Both the position numbers and the translations under genes were made by a program. The notes under the pieces were generated by a model. The model was not told where the DNA came from. It saw only the letters and a program-made list of their open reading frames with translations, and did no database searches. A stretch of DNA of 64,000 bases, from the NCBI GenBank assembly GCA_963714085.1, contig OY970229.1, positions 100,849-164,848 on the forward strand. The letters run 5' to 3'. The stretch comes from an uncultured Candidatus Micrarchaeota archaeon. Lineage in GTDB: Archaea > Micrarchaeota > Micrarchaeia > Anstonellales > Bilamarchaeaceae. Shown one piece after another: positions 38,659-47,927 of this stretch. How positions within the stretch are numbered: the stretch's first letter is position 1; every line of letters begins with the position of its first letter.

Positions 38659-39633
38659 CTAGGCCCTCAGGTACATCGCGAGCATCACTACGGCGACGAG
38701 CGCCTCGAGCCCCATGAAGAAGAACACCAGGTTGCGCTCGGTTATGCCGTTGAACGCCTTCATGACGAGCTGGCAGAAGCCGCGGACCTTGCCTTCGAGC
38801 GGGTAGAGCTTCCCGTCACGGTATTCGCCCCACCACTTGCTCGAGGGGAACCGGTTGTACGCCTTGATGAAGAAGTCGATGACATACGGGATCATGAGTA
38901 TGGCGCCCGCGGTGTCGAAGTTCCCGATTATCACGGCGGCCGCGAGCGCCGCGCCTATCGTGAGGTTGCCCACGTCGCCTGGGAACACGCTGGAGGGGTT
39001 CTTGTTGAACACCATGAACGCGGCCAGGGCCGCCATCATGGATATTGATATGAGCGCCATGTCGGTCGAGCCGTGCGCCACTGCGAGTATGGTCATTGCC
39101 CCGAATACCACGATGCCCATGCCGGCCTCCAGGCCGTTGAAACCTGCGAGCATGTTCGTGAGGTTGGACGCGACCGCCACGCCGACCGGTATGAGCACCA
39201 GGATGTAGAAGACGCCGAAATTCACCACCCCGATGAGCGGGATGAGCAGCGTGGTCTTTCCCGTGGCCTTTACCGCGACCAGCGGGATGGCGGCGAACAG
39301 CGGGAGGAACGCCTTGTACTTCTGGGGTATGTCTATGAGGTCGTCCACCACGCCTATGAACGCGACCGAGTGTATCGTTATGAGAGCGGCGAGGAGCTTG
39401 ATAAGGTCGAACTGGAAACCGAGGAAGGTGTTGAAGCATATGGCGAGCAGGATGCCGCCCGTGAACCCGGCGACTATCGATATGCCGCCCATCTCAGCCA
39501 CTTCCGGCCTGTCAGGCTTGTTCACGTCCCTGCCAGTGATGCCGAAGCGTTTCAGGCGCGGTATCAGGAAGTGCGAGAGCACGAGCGTGGCGAGGAAGGA
39601 TACGACGGCGATGGCGAGGTAGTATAGGAGCAT
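38659..39633 (-). CDS. aglH: UDP-GlcNAc:dolichyl-phosphate GlcNAc-1-phosphate transferase (MraY/WecA/GPT family, AglH-like)
   Basis: IGVVDDLIDI (the DDxxD Mg site) and NMLAGFNGLE signature. About 10 TM helices. The start was moved to MLLYYLAIA. Confidence 0.85.
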   Translation of the reverse strand: MLLYYLAIAVVSFLATLVLSHFLIPRLKRFGITGRDVNKPDRPEVAEMGGISIVAGFTGGILLAICFNTFLGFQFDLIKLLAALITIHSVAFIGVVDDLIDIPQKYKAFLPLFAAIPLVAVKATGKTTLLIPLIGVVNFGVFYILVLIPVGVAVASNLTNMLAGFNGLEAGMGIVVFGAMTILAVAHGSTDMALISISMMAALAAFMVFNKNPSSVFPGDVGNLTIGAALAAAVIIGNFDTAGAILMIPYVIDFFIKAYNRFPSSKWWGEYRDGKLYPLEGKVRGFCQLVMKAFNGITERNLVFFFMGLEALVAVVMLAMYLRA

Positions 39634-39637
39634 CGGA

Positions 39638-40906
39638 TCACTTCTTCGAGCGTATCCCCTCAAGGACCTCCTTGGCGAAGTCCGAGCCGAAGTTCTTCTT
39701 CTCAGCGAGCTCCGCGGCGACCGCGTCTATCTCCTGGGGGGTCTGCGCCCCGGCTATCACCGCGACGTTCTTCGCATGGAGCTTCATGTGGCCGGCCTGT
39801 ATGCCGACGCTGCTCAATGCGGCCAGCGCGGCGAAGTTGTTCGCGAGGCCGACGCACGCGCACGCCATGGCCAGTTCCTTGGACGTCTTTATCCCGGCTA
39901 TCTTGAGCGCGATCCTGGCTGTCGGGCTGGAGTTCACCGCGCCTCCGACCGTGGCGACCGCCATCGGCAATTCGATGCTTCCGAGCAGGTCGCCCTTCTC
40001 CGTCGCCTCGTAGCGCGTCAGCGGATGGTACTCGCCCATGGACGCGTAGGCGTGCGCCCCGGCCTCCACGGCGCGCCAGTCGTTGCCGGTCGCGAGCACG
40101 ACCGCGTCTATCCCGTTCATCACGCCCTTGTTGTGGGTCGCGCAGCGGTAGATGTCGGCTTTCGCGAGCTCGTAGCCGTCCAGGATGCCCTCGACGACCT
40201 TGTCGCCGATGACGCCCTTCTTCCAGACCGCGGACGCGCGGACCTTGCGCTTCACCGCGAGGTTCGTGATTATGCGCAGGCACACCCTGCCGTTCGTGAG
40301 CGTCGCGAGGGTCGGGGCCACGCCCTCGAGAGTGGTGTTCACCATGTTCGCGCCCATCGCGTCGCTCACGTTTATGTCGAACTCCACGAGCAGCATCTTC
40401 CCCCTCCGGGTCTCGAGCGCCCTCTCGCGGAAGCCGAGCACCTTGCCTCCCCACCTCTCGTGGGGCTTCATGTACTCGGCGGCTATCTTGATTATCTCGT
40501 GCCTGTTCGTGTCCAGGTTCCTGATCGCCAGGTCCATGTCAGGCACGTCCATGAGCTGCACCTGGCCTGTCATCACCGGCTCCTCGGCCTCTGCCTTGAA
40601 CCCCTCGGGCAGGCAGAGCTTGGCCGCCCTGCACGCCGCTGCTATCACCGAGGGCTCCTCCAGAGCCATGGGGATGACCAAAGACTTGCCGTTTATCTTG
40701 AAATTAGTAGCCATGCCGAGCGGCAGGTGGACCGCGCCTATCACGTTCTCCACCATCCGGTCCGCTAATTCCGGCTTGAGCGCGCCCATGTCGCTGAGCG
40801 CTGCCATCTCCTCGTCCGAGACGCCGGAATTCTCCTTTATCAGCTTCCGCCTCTCCGGAATAGTGAGCTTGTAAAAGCCTGAAAAGTCAGCCATGGTGCG
40901 ATTCAT
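39638..40906 (-). CDS. hmgA: Hydroxymethylglutaryl-CoA reductase (class I, NADPH)
   Basis: ELPMAVATVGGA, GANMVNTTLEGVAP and DAMGANMV-type motifs. The start is at MNRTMADF. The 160 codons upstream in the track ORF are Arg/Ala/Pro-rich and non-coding. Confidence 0.9.
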   Translation of the reverse strand: MNRTMADFSGFYKLTIPERRKLIKENSGVSDEEMAALSDMGALKPELADRMVENVIGAVHLPLGMATNFKINGKSLVIPMALEEPSVIAAACRAAKLCLPEGFKAEAEEPVMTGQVQLMDVPDMDLAIRNLDTNRHEIIKIAAEYMKPHERWGGKVLGFRERALETRRGKMLLVEFDINVSDAMGANMVNTTLEGVAPTLATLTNGRVCLRIITNLAVKRKVRASAVWKKGVIGDKVVEGILDGYELAKADIYRCATHNKGVMNGIDAVVLATGNDWRAVEAGAHAYASMGEYHPLTRYEATEKGDLLGSIELPMAVATVGGAVNSSPTARIALKIAGIKTSKELAMACACVGLANNFAALAALSSVGIQAGHMKLHAKNVAVIAGAQTPQEIDAVAAELAEKKNFGSDFAKEVLEGIRSKK

Positions 40907-40917
40907 CTCCAAAGAAG

Positions 40918-41373
40918 TTATAAACTGTAGCTGTCCTCGAGTTTTTTCAGCGCTGCGTCTATGTTCCCGAACGCGGAATCCGCCTTGCGGAAGTAGAAAT
41001 CGCGGAACAGGGAGTTGAGGCTCTTGCCCTCGTCCTCCGAAAGCGCGTAGCGCCCCTTCTTCCTTGTGAGCATGCCCGCGTTCTTGAGCCTCAGCAGGTG
41101 GTAGTACACCGCCTTGGCGTTCGGCTTGGCGCGCGTCTCTGCCTCCAGCCGGTCGAGTATGTCCTTGGTGGTCGGCGACTCCTTCCTCACGTGGAAATAC
41201 AGCAACGCGTCGAACACGTCGAGGAGCAGCGTCCTGGACTCGTTTGGCAGTATGAGCCCCAGCGAGAGCGCGACCCAGCGCACCAGCGACTTCCGCGCGA
41301 GCAGCACGTCCTGGGGGAGCGCCATGTCCCGCAGCACGAGCTCCGACCTTATGAGCCTTGATTCTGGAATCAT
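40918..41373 (-). CDS. Winged-helix (MarR/PadR-like) transcription regulator
   Basis: YYHLLRLKNAGMLTRKKGRYALSEDEG is a recognition helix plus wing. It lies upstream of hmgA on the same strand, with an 11-nt gap. Confidence 0.55.
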   Translation of the reverse strand: MIPESRLIRSELVLRDMALPQDVLLARKSLVRWVALSLGLILPNESRTLLLDVFDALLYFHVRKESPTTKDILDRLEAETRAKPNAKAVYYHLLRLKNAGMLTRKKGRYALSEDEGKSLNSLFRDFYFRKADSAFGNIDAALKKLEDSYSL

Positions 41374-41449
41374 GTTTGAATCTCCATGCCATACAATAAA
41401 AACCTTATCAATCACGTTAGTAACCAGATGGAAGGCGGGTTTTGAGAAA

Positions 41450-41821
41450 ATGGTCAACTTCGACGTTGTGACGCATCCGGACGTGGTGTTCGCCTATTCC
41501 CCTAATTATGTCGAGAGCACGATAAAGGTGAGCAACCCGGTCGGCGAGGCGTCCTGGGCAGAGGCCGACGTCTACGTCCCGAGCAAATTGTCCCTCAGCC
41601 CTGACAGCATGCTCAGGAAGGGGAGGATACGCGTCGGCGTGGTGGAGAAGAGCGAGACCAGGGAGAAGGCCGTGCGCATATACGCGAACCCGTATACCAG
41701 CCCCCAGGTCTACAGGTGCAAGATCGTGCTCTACATCTACAGCAAGGACGGCGTCATCGCCTCGCGGCTGGAGAAGGCGATGGACATACGGTGCGAGATG
41801 AAGAAGGCCGACACGATCTGA
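41450..41821 (+). CDS. Hypothetical protein (123 aa)
   Basis: MVNFDVVTHPDVVFAYSPNYVESTIKVSNPVGEASWAEADVYVP... The upstream part of the 235-aa track ORF is antisense to the regulator gene and Ser-rich. Confidence 0.4.
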   Translation: MVNFDVVTHPDVVFAYSPNYVESTIKVSNPVGEASWAEADVYVPSKLSLSPDSMLRKGRIRVGVVEKSETREKAVRIYANPYTSPQVYRCKIVLYIYSKDGVIASRLEKAMDIRCEMKKADTI

Positions 41822-41824
41822 TCC

Positions 41825-42328
41825 TCACTTAGCCGGGCGCCTGGAGCGGCGTGCGTAGCTCTTCGCGTAATCCTTCTTCGTGTTGAACTGTATCAATGAT
41901 TCCGTCTGGGCCACGGTGTCGAACGTCCTCAGGTATCCGAATATGAAGTCGCTCAGCTCGTCGTTGTCCCGCACGCGCACCTTTATCAGGAAGTCGAACT
42001 GGCCCCCGGTCACGGCCATGTCCTCCACTGCCTCCTGCTTCGGCGCGTCCTCGAGCAGCTCGTTGTAGTCGGTGCCCGCCTTGCACCGGATCAGGATGTA
42101 TGCGATCGTCTTCTTCCCCAGTTTCTCGTAGTCCAGGACCGTGACGAACTTCTTGATTATGCCCTCCTTGATGAGCTTCTTGAGGCGCCGGTTCACGGTC
42201 GCGACGGGTATGCCGGTCTTGCGCCCGATCTGCCTGCTGGATAATCTCGCGTTGTCCTTTATCGCATCTATTATCTCCAGGTCTATCCGGTCGGGTTCCA
42301 TAATTTGATTCATTTGTACCATACGCAT
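41825..42328 (-). CDS. lrp: Lrp/AsnC family transcription regulator
   Basis: The HTH is DLEIIDAIKDNARLSSRQIGRKTGIPVATVNRRLKKLIKEGII. The C-terminal RAM domain has FDFLIKVRVRD. The start may be the internal MEPDR Met (42298). Confidence 0.85.
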   Translation of the reverse strand: MRMVQMNQIMEPDRIDLEIIDAIKDNARLSSRQIGRKTGIPVATVNRRLKKLIKEGIIKKFVTVLDYEKLGKKTIAYILIRCKAGTDYNELLEDAPKQEAVEDMAVTGGQFDFLIKVRVRDNDELSDFIFGYLRTFDTVAQTESLIQFNTKKDYAKSYARRSRRPAK

Positions 42329-42431
42329 TATAAAATATGCTGCTTTTGCGCCTTTTGAGCCATTTTCGTGAGGAATAATTTATATAACTCATCCAAAGCA
42401 TGAGTTGGATTATGAAAAAGGAGGTGGGGAT

Positions 42432-43985
42432 ATGGTTTTGCTGAGCGAACTGAAAAAAAAGCGGGGATCCAACGATACGGGATCGCAGAGCCGGGTTCCG
42501 CCGGGAAACTCCCTGGAGCGCGATCGGAATTATGTTAGATTCGTCAAATTGCCCACGAGCCTGCTCAACGAACCTGCGACTGGAAGCGCTGCGAAACCGA
42601 CGAAGGAGACGCTTAACGCAGAGCTCCTGGATGCCGTCGAGGCGAGGAATCTCAATGCCGTGAAAAGGGCGCTGGACGGCGGGGCGGATCCCAACACGAA
42701 GGGCTTCATGGGGCGTTCGGTATGGAATATCGCCGATGGCAACGGCTACGGAGAGATCGCAGACGAATTGAAGAGCCGCGGGGCCATCACCGCTCCAGAC
42801 GAGCCAGGACGTGAGATCCCGGACTCCACGGTCCAGCAGCTTTGCATAAAGAGCCTGTTGCAAACGCCGCAACCTCCGGCTGCACCGTCCCTTGCTGCGG
42901 AACCGCCGATGTGCCTGACTCCTGCGCCGGTGGGCGCGGTGAGCGAGGACGGGGACGACGAAGCCGGCATATACAGGTTCGGGGCGCTCCGCAGAACGCT
43001 CAGAGAACTGGCATCGAGCAGGATGACGGCACTTTATACTGGACTGATGGCTGGGATACTCGGCTTGGCTGCCGCCCATGGAATCTCGAACAAGATCGAC
43101 GAACACCGCTCCGCGAAAGCCGAGATGGTGGGCCGGAAGGCCCCGGAAGCGTCTGCCCGGGCCGAGAAACCAAAGGCTCCGATAACTGAGCAGGAACTGA
43201 GGGCGAACAACAAAAAGCTCATCGATGCGGTGCGGGGAGGCGATGAGGGTTCCGCATGGGGCGCTTACCAAGACGGGGTGAGCAGGGAAGCGGTGAACGA
43301 AGCACGGCGGCTCGCTGCGTTGGGTAAGAACGAGAAGATGCTGAAATTAACATATGATATACGCGAGCGTATGCGCGTCCTGGATCCGGACCAGGCCAAA
43401 CCGCAGTACGATGGGAAAAATGAGAACAACGCAGACCTCATCAGGGCCGCGCATCCGGTGCTAATCCCCAGGGATACCTACTGGGACTGGAAGACCGGCC
43501 CCATAAAGCGCGCTCTGAGTAAGGGAACGAGCAAGGAAGCGTTGTCCGACGCACTGCTGACGGTTACGGCGTACAATCCACCAGACAGGTTGAAGCCCGC
43601 CAGGATGGAGATCGCGTACCTGATCGCGCAGCGCATGGAGCCGATGGCCGAACCCGGAGCCAAGGCGGAAGGGAAACCGAAGGACCCGCAGCAGGCTGAG
43701 CCGAAGGAGGCTTCTCGTGCCCAGCCGGTTCCAAAAACCCCAGGGGCATCGCTCGCGCCCGGAGAGAAACAGGAGCTGCGCGGATCTTACGGCATCAACA
43801 TGCCCGGGGGGAAGGCAGCCGAGAGCCAGCATGCGGCGACGGCCCGGGGCAGGGCGCTCACGCCCGGAGAGAAGCAGAAGCTGCGCGAAGAGCTCGGCGA
43901 TGCCATGAAACGGGACGATGGGGAGGCAGTTAATAGGATACTGAAAAAAGCCGGTTTGGGTTCCCGGATACCTACGGCTGAGTAG
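42432..43985 (+). CDS. Ankyrin-repeat-containing membrane protein (Pro/Ala/Lys-rich low-complexity C-terminal half)
   Basis: An SD-like AAGGAGGTG lies 5 nt before the ATG at 42432. LNAELLDAVEARNLNAVKRALDGGADPNTKGFMGRSVWNIA is an ANK repeat. MTALYTGLMAGILGLAAAHG is a TM helix. Confidence 0.6.
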   Translation: MVLLSELKKKRGSNDTGSQSRVPPGNSLERDRNYVRFVKLPTSLLNEPATGSAAKPTKETLNAELLDAVEARNLNAVKRALDGGADPNTKGFMGRSVWNIADGNGYGEIADELKSRGAITAPDEPGREIPDSTVQQLCIKSLLQTPQPPAAPSLAAEPPMCLTPAPVGAVSEDGDDEAGIYRFGALRRTLRELASSRMTALYTGLMAGILGLAAAHGISNKIDEHRSAKAEMVGRKAPEASARAEKPKAPITEQELRANNKKLIDAVRGGDEGSAWGAYQDGVSREAVNEARRLAALGKNEKMLKLTYDIRERMRVLDPDQAKPQYDGKNENNADLIRAAHPVLIPRDTYWDWKTGPIKRALSKGTSKEALSDALLTVTAYNPPDRLKPARMEIAYLIAQRMEPMAEPGAKAEGKPKDPQQAEPKEASRAQPVPKTPGASLAPGEKQELRGSYGINMPGGKAAESQHAATARGRALTPGEKQKLREELGDAMKRDDGEAVNRILKKAGLGSRIPTAE

Positions 43986-44004
43986 CCGCGCGGGGTTTAC
44001 GGAT

Positions 44005-45609
44005 ATGGCCAGGCATAAGGCCGGAAGGCTCGGCTTCCAGCAATCACGCATGGTTACGCCCCCTGCAGGCGCTTTCAGTCCGTATCTGGCAGGGCCGGAC
44101 ACGGGGATGCGGACCGGCGCGCCTCACGGATCCGTGCCGGCGAAGCGCTTGTGGAGGCGCCGCATGCTCGGCCCGGTCGCCGGCCTCATGCTGGGCGCGC
44201 TTTTTGTTTGCGGGATACAGGGCGGGGCGCAGGGGCGCACGCACCATGGGATGCGCGCGGACGGCCTGCTTTCCGAGGCTCTTGTCATGGCGGTAATGGA
44301 CAAACATGCCGCCATAGCGGAGATGCTCCTCAAGCGCGGGGCGGATGCGAACGCAACCGGTCCTTTCAACAAGACCGTCCTGATGTGGGCTGCGGAAAAC
44401 GGGGATGTAGAGACGGTGAACCTGCTCTTGGACCGCAATGTCGACGTGAACCTCAAGGACACCTGGTTCAGCGGCACCGCGCTGATGCGGGCCGCGGAGA
44501 GGGGCCACGGCGAGATCGTGGACCTGCTGCTGAGCAACTATGCGGATGTCAATGCCAGGAACAAGAACGGCGATACCGCGCTGACCTTGGCGGTCAGAAG
44601 CGGGAGTCCGAGGGTGGTGAACAGCCTGATCGTCGGAGGGGCAGAGATAGACGCCAAGAACGCCAACTGGGACACCGCACTGGGCCTGGCGGTGAAGAAG
44701 CCGGACGAGGCCCTCGTAGACCTGCTGCTGAGGAAGGGGGCAGACCCCAACGTGAGGGACAGATCCGGCGTCAGCCTGCTTGAGATCGCCTCTGCGACCG
44801 GGGACAGGAGGGATGTCACGCTGCTGATACGGAACGGGGCCCGCGTAGATCCGAATCTGAAGGACACGGTCACCATGTGGAACGCCTACCAGAAGAGGAG
44901 GACGGCGATAGAGCGGTCCGAGAAGCCTGGACTGGGCGAGAAAGACGACGGGGAGACCGCGCTCAAGCGCGCGTACGGAGAGCTGGTCATAGGCGAGAAA
45001 GAGGCGCTGGAATTGCACGAGAGGTTCGGGATAGAGGAGTTCGACAGGTATCCCAAAGGGGTGCTCGAGAGCATGTACGCTAACCTCGGCAGGCAGGCCG
45101 CCAGGCCGCCCATCCTCCACGTAGTCGCGAGATCGGATTACAGCGGCGCGGTCTATGACTACATCGGCTGGGTGTTCAAGCTGGACCATTACAAGGCGTT
45201 CATAGCCGAAGCGGAAAGCGTGGTGGACCTACGGTCCCGGGTGAGGTATACCGCAGAGACCTACGGCAGGATCGAGTCGATGGTGCTTGGGGGCCATGGC
45301 GAGAAGGACAGGATACAGCTCGGATACAAGGAGAATGGAGGAATCCTCACGCTGCGCGATGAGAACGACATCGCGCAGCTGAAGCCGTATTTCGTGAGCA
45401 ATCCGACCATCGTGATCGACGCGTGTTCGACCGGGGAAGACGAGATGGCCATAGCCGCCATGTTCTCGAGGGCGCTCGATGCGACCGCGTTCGCACCGGT
45501 CGCGGTCGCGGAGTTCCGTGGATGCGAAGTGGACGACCAGGGAAGGATAACCGGGGCGCGCTTCGACGTGCCGACCGCCAAGTTCGTGAGCGGCAAGCTG
45601 GTGAAGTGA
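44005..45609 (+). CDS. Ankyrin-repeat protein with a C-terminal CHAT/caspase-like (C14-fold) peptidase domain
   Basis: At least five ANK repeats (GADANATGPFNKTVLMWAAENGDVETVNLLL..., TALMRAAERGHGEIVDLLL..., DTALTLAVRSG...). A C-terminal His motif VLGGHGEKDRIQLG and Cys motif IVIDACSTGED match the GHG...L.L.D / D-A-C-x-G dyad of CHAT/caspases. The N-terminus has a hydrophobic segment. Confidence 0.55.
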   Translation: MARHKAGRLGFQQSRMVTPPAGAFSPYLAGPDTGMRTGAPHGSVPAKRLWRRRMLGPVAGLMLGALFVCGIQGGAQGRTHHGMRADGLLSEALVMAVMDKHAAIAEMLLKRGADANATGPFNKTVLMWAAENGDVETVNLLLDRNVDVNLKDTWFSGTALMRAAERGHGEIVDLLLSNYADVNARNKNGDTALTLAVRSGSPRVVNSLIVGGAEIDAKNANWDTALGLAVKKPDEALVDLLLRKGADPNVRDRSGVSLLEIASATGDRRDVTLLIRNGARVDPNLKDTVTMWNAYQKRRTAIERSEKPGLGEKDDGETALKRAYGELVIGEKEALELHERFGIEEFDRYPKGVLESMYANLGRQAARPPILHVVARSDYSGAVYDYIGWVFKLDHYKAFIAEAESVVDLRSRVRYTAETYGRIESMVLGGHGEKDRIQLGYKENGGILTLRDENDIAQLKPYFVSNPTIVIDACSTGEDEMAIAAMFSRALDATAFAPVAVAEFRGCEVDDQGRITGARFDVPTAKFVSGKLVK

Positions 45610-45642
45610 TTCTTCGGATATCCGAACGTTGATGCCACGGAA

Positions 45643-45894
45643 GTGACCATCATGGGAACTGGGGCGGGTGGACGGCGGGGCAGGTACATCGGGATAATGC
45701 GGCGGCTGGAAGAGGGATACGGCGCCGTGAAAACCATGGAGGGCTACGAGGCGGTCTTCAGGGAGCAGCTGGGTGCGGTGAGGCGCATGAGGGACAGGAA
45801 GGCGCTGAGAAGGCTGGATGCCTGCATCAATTCCGTCCTGAACGCCAGGAAGGAGGCGCTGGACAGGGTGTCGCAGAGGGCCAAAAAACCGTGA
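45643..45894 (+). CDS. Small hypothetical protein (83 aa)
   Basis: Helical, Arg/Glu-rich. It is followed immediately by an inverted repeat and T-tract. Confidence 0.35.
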   Translation: MTIMGTGAGGRRGRYIGIMRRLEEGYGAVKTMEGYEAVFREQLGAVRRMRDRKALRRLDACINSVLNARKEALDRVSQRAKKP

Positions 45895-45913
45895 CCCGGA
45901 CCGGTTTTTTCGG
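45881..45913 (+). terminator. Near-perfect inverted repeat CCAAAAAACCG(n9)CGGTTTTTTCGG forming a hairpin with a T-run (bidirectional terminator-like)
   Basis: Read directly. It overlaps the stop codon of the small ORF. Confidence 0.4.
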
Positions 45914-46139
45914 CGTTGGAAGTGTCCCTGATACAAACATTTATATATTTCGCGTTTGTTACCAACCATCCCCATGTGAAAAGTTGTGCAGGTGACCAGT
46001 ATGTTCGGTTGGATATTGAAGACGAATTGGGATATAGGAAGGATAATGAGGTACTACAGGCAGCACAGGCGCATGCGCTCCTGAATCTGCCGATCTTCAT
46101 TCTTTTTTCCGTTCTTCCAGCCTTGCCCTTACGCGATTT

Positions 46140-46880
46140 TCACGCCGTGGTCCTGCGGTCTCCGGTGAGCCTCAGTTTCTCCGCCAGCAGCGGGACGCGG
46201 AGCGTCTTCACGCCCCTCGGATGGCTGCGGCAATTGGTGTCCGTATCCACGATTGCGCCGTGCTGTATATGGTCCAGCGCATCGAGAAGCTTCGCTTTCG
46301 CGGGCTTGTCGTGCCCCAGCCTCTCCATATTCCTCTGCAGCGCAGGGACCGCGATGGCATCGAACCTCTCCTCGCGGGAATCGAGCTCGGAGCGGGGCCA
46401 GTCCAGACGCACGGCCCTCACCAGCTCGGCGCATCTCTGCGCGATGATCGGCTCGTCCGAGAGGCCGTTTATGACCACTTCCATCTCGCCATCGGTCCTG
46501 CGCAATCCCCTCTGCAACGCGGTCTCCAGCGCGCCCAGCGCCGCCAGCCTCAATCCCGCTTCATCCGGAGCCGTCTTTTCCCCGGCGTAGCGCACGACCG
46601 TCCGCATCACCCCGGCGGATTCAAGGAGGCTCATCGCCGGCAGGTAGTCCCGGGCGGAATCGATGCTTTCCATCTCTCCGGTCGGCGCGTCCATCTGCCC
46701 GATCCGCGTGTCCATCTCCCTGAGGACGAAGGCCTTGCCGGAAGCGTCCAGGGCCAGCTCGGACAGCGCCTTGAGGAGCTGCGTGGCCGAAGCGCTGCGG
46801 ACCGCGAGCTCGAAATCGCCCTCGAAATAGGGTCTGACCGTTTCCCATGGATGTTTGTAAAAATTCTTCAGATATTCCAT
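46140..46880 (-). CDS. Hypothetical helical protein
   Basis: The N-terminus MEYLKNFYKHPWETVRPYFEGDFELAV is protein-like. Overlapping plus-strand ORFs are R/P/H-rich antisense artefacts. Confidence 0.45.
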   Translation of the reverse strand: MEYLKNFYKHPWETVRPYFEGDFELAVRSASATQLLKALSELALDASGKAFVLREMDTRIGQMDAPTGEMESIDSARDYLPAMSLLESAGVMRTVVRYAGEKTAPDEAGLRLAALGALETALQRGLRRTDGEMEVVINGLSDEPIIAQRCAELVRAVRLDWPRSELDSREERFDAIAVPALQRNMERLGHDKPAKAKLLDALDHIQHGAIVDTDTNCRSHPRGVKTLRVPLLAEKLRLTGDRRTTA

Positions 46881-46967
46881 AATCTGACCTCGTTGAAATA
46901 ATCATTATAACGATGGTATTAAAAATGCAATCTTGTGACGAGCTGCGGCGGATTTCAACCCGGGTTT

Positions 46968-47363
46968 TCACGCTTCTATCCTTCCCTTGTCGGCGTCCAC
47001 TTCGACCCGCATCCCGTCCTTGAGTTCCTTGAAGACGTCCTTCTCGGGCTTGTCCACCATGGGTATCTTCGAGATTATGGCGCCCACCGCGATTATCGGC
47101 TCGGCCGAGACGTTTATTATGGCCGCCGGAGCCTTGCCGTTCTTCGCGAGCTGGAGCATGACGTACGAGCCGACCGTGGAGCCCTTGCCGTTCGGGAAGA
47201 CCAGCACCTTGCCTGCGACGTTCTTCCCTTCCAGGGGATGGCCCTTCTCGATGATGACGCCGGTCTCCGGGTCCACGCCGCCGAGGAATCCTATCGGCGC
47301 GTGGCTGATGAGCGCCTCGCCCGAGGCCTTGCCGCGCGATATGCTCCTGGCCTTGATGTCCAT
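46968..47363 (-). CDS. Phosphomevalonate dehydratase small subunit (AcnX-type, DUF126)
   Basis: MDIKARSISRGKASGEALISHAPIGFLGGVDPETGVI...VLVFPNGKGSTVGSYVM is the DUF126 core. The start was moved to the internal Met. ATGA overlap with the upstream membrane-protein gene. Confidence 0.75.
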   Translation of the reverse strand: MDIKARSISRGKASGEALISHAPIGFLGGVDPETGVIIEKGHPLEGKNVAGKVLVFPNGKGSTVGSYVMLQLAKNGKAPAAIINVSAEPIIAVGAIISKIPMVDKPEKDVFKELKDGMRVEVDADKGRIEA

Positions 47364-47923
47364 CAGTATCCCCTTAGCGCCTTCAGCGCCATCAGGAGCG
47401 GGTTGATGGCGAAGATTATGTTGAGCACGACCCATATCGCCGCCACGTCGTGCTTGTCGTAGTAGTAATCCACGAACGAATACAATGCGATGACCAGACT
47501 GCCCACGCCGAGTAACAGCCCGAAGTACAACGGATGCGCGGTGGCATCCGTCGCGAAACCGGCCCCTACGAGGAGCAGCCCCGCGCTGGACACGATGCCC
47601 CATGCGCCGCTATCATATTTTTTGGTCAATCGCAGATAGATTATCCCCACCAGGGCCGCGCCCAGGAGCACGGCGTATTTGACCACGTCGCTGATCGCCA
47701 GGAAGGCGAACATGGAGCCGAGGCTGATGACGATCTCCAGGACGAACAGGGTCCCCTGCCTGCCCAGGTACGCGCATAGGGTCAGCATGAGCGCCCCGAT
47801 GACGAACAGTGACCGCTGCAGCAGCGATGCCGGCTCGGAGACCACCCCGATCAGCAGCAGTATCATCGCGCTTATCCCGATATAAAGAACCAGGATGTCC
47901 GTCCCTTTTGGTGTTGGCCTCAT
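47363..47923 (-). CDS. Hypothetical polytopic membrane protein inserted between the two dehydratase subunit genes
   Basis: 186 aa with about 6 hydrophobic helices. Confidence 0.55.
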   Translation of the reverse strand: MRPTPKGTDILVLYIGISAMILLLIGVVSEPASLLQRSLFVIGALMLTLCAYLGRQGTLFVLEIVISLGSMFAFLAISDVVKYAVLLGAALVGIIYLRLTKKYDSGAWGIVSSAGLLLVGAGFATDATAHPLYFGLLLGVGSLVIALYSFVDYYYDKHDVAAIWVVLNIIFAINPLLMALKALRGY

Positions 47924-47927
47924 AGAA

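Noticed and set aside
39672-41392. Internal ORFs within hmgA and the 160-codon N-terminal extension of the hmgA track ORF
   Set aside because: The HMGR catalytic motifs lie only in the chosen frame. The upstream extension is Arg/Ala/Pro-rich and overlaps the regulator gene. The start was reassigned to MNRTMADF.
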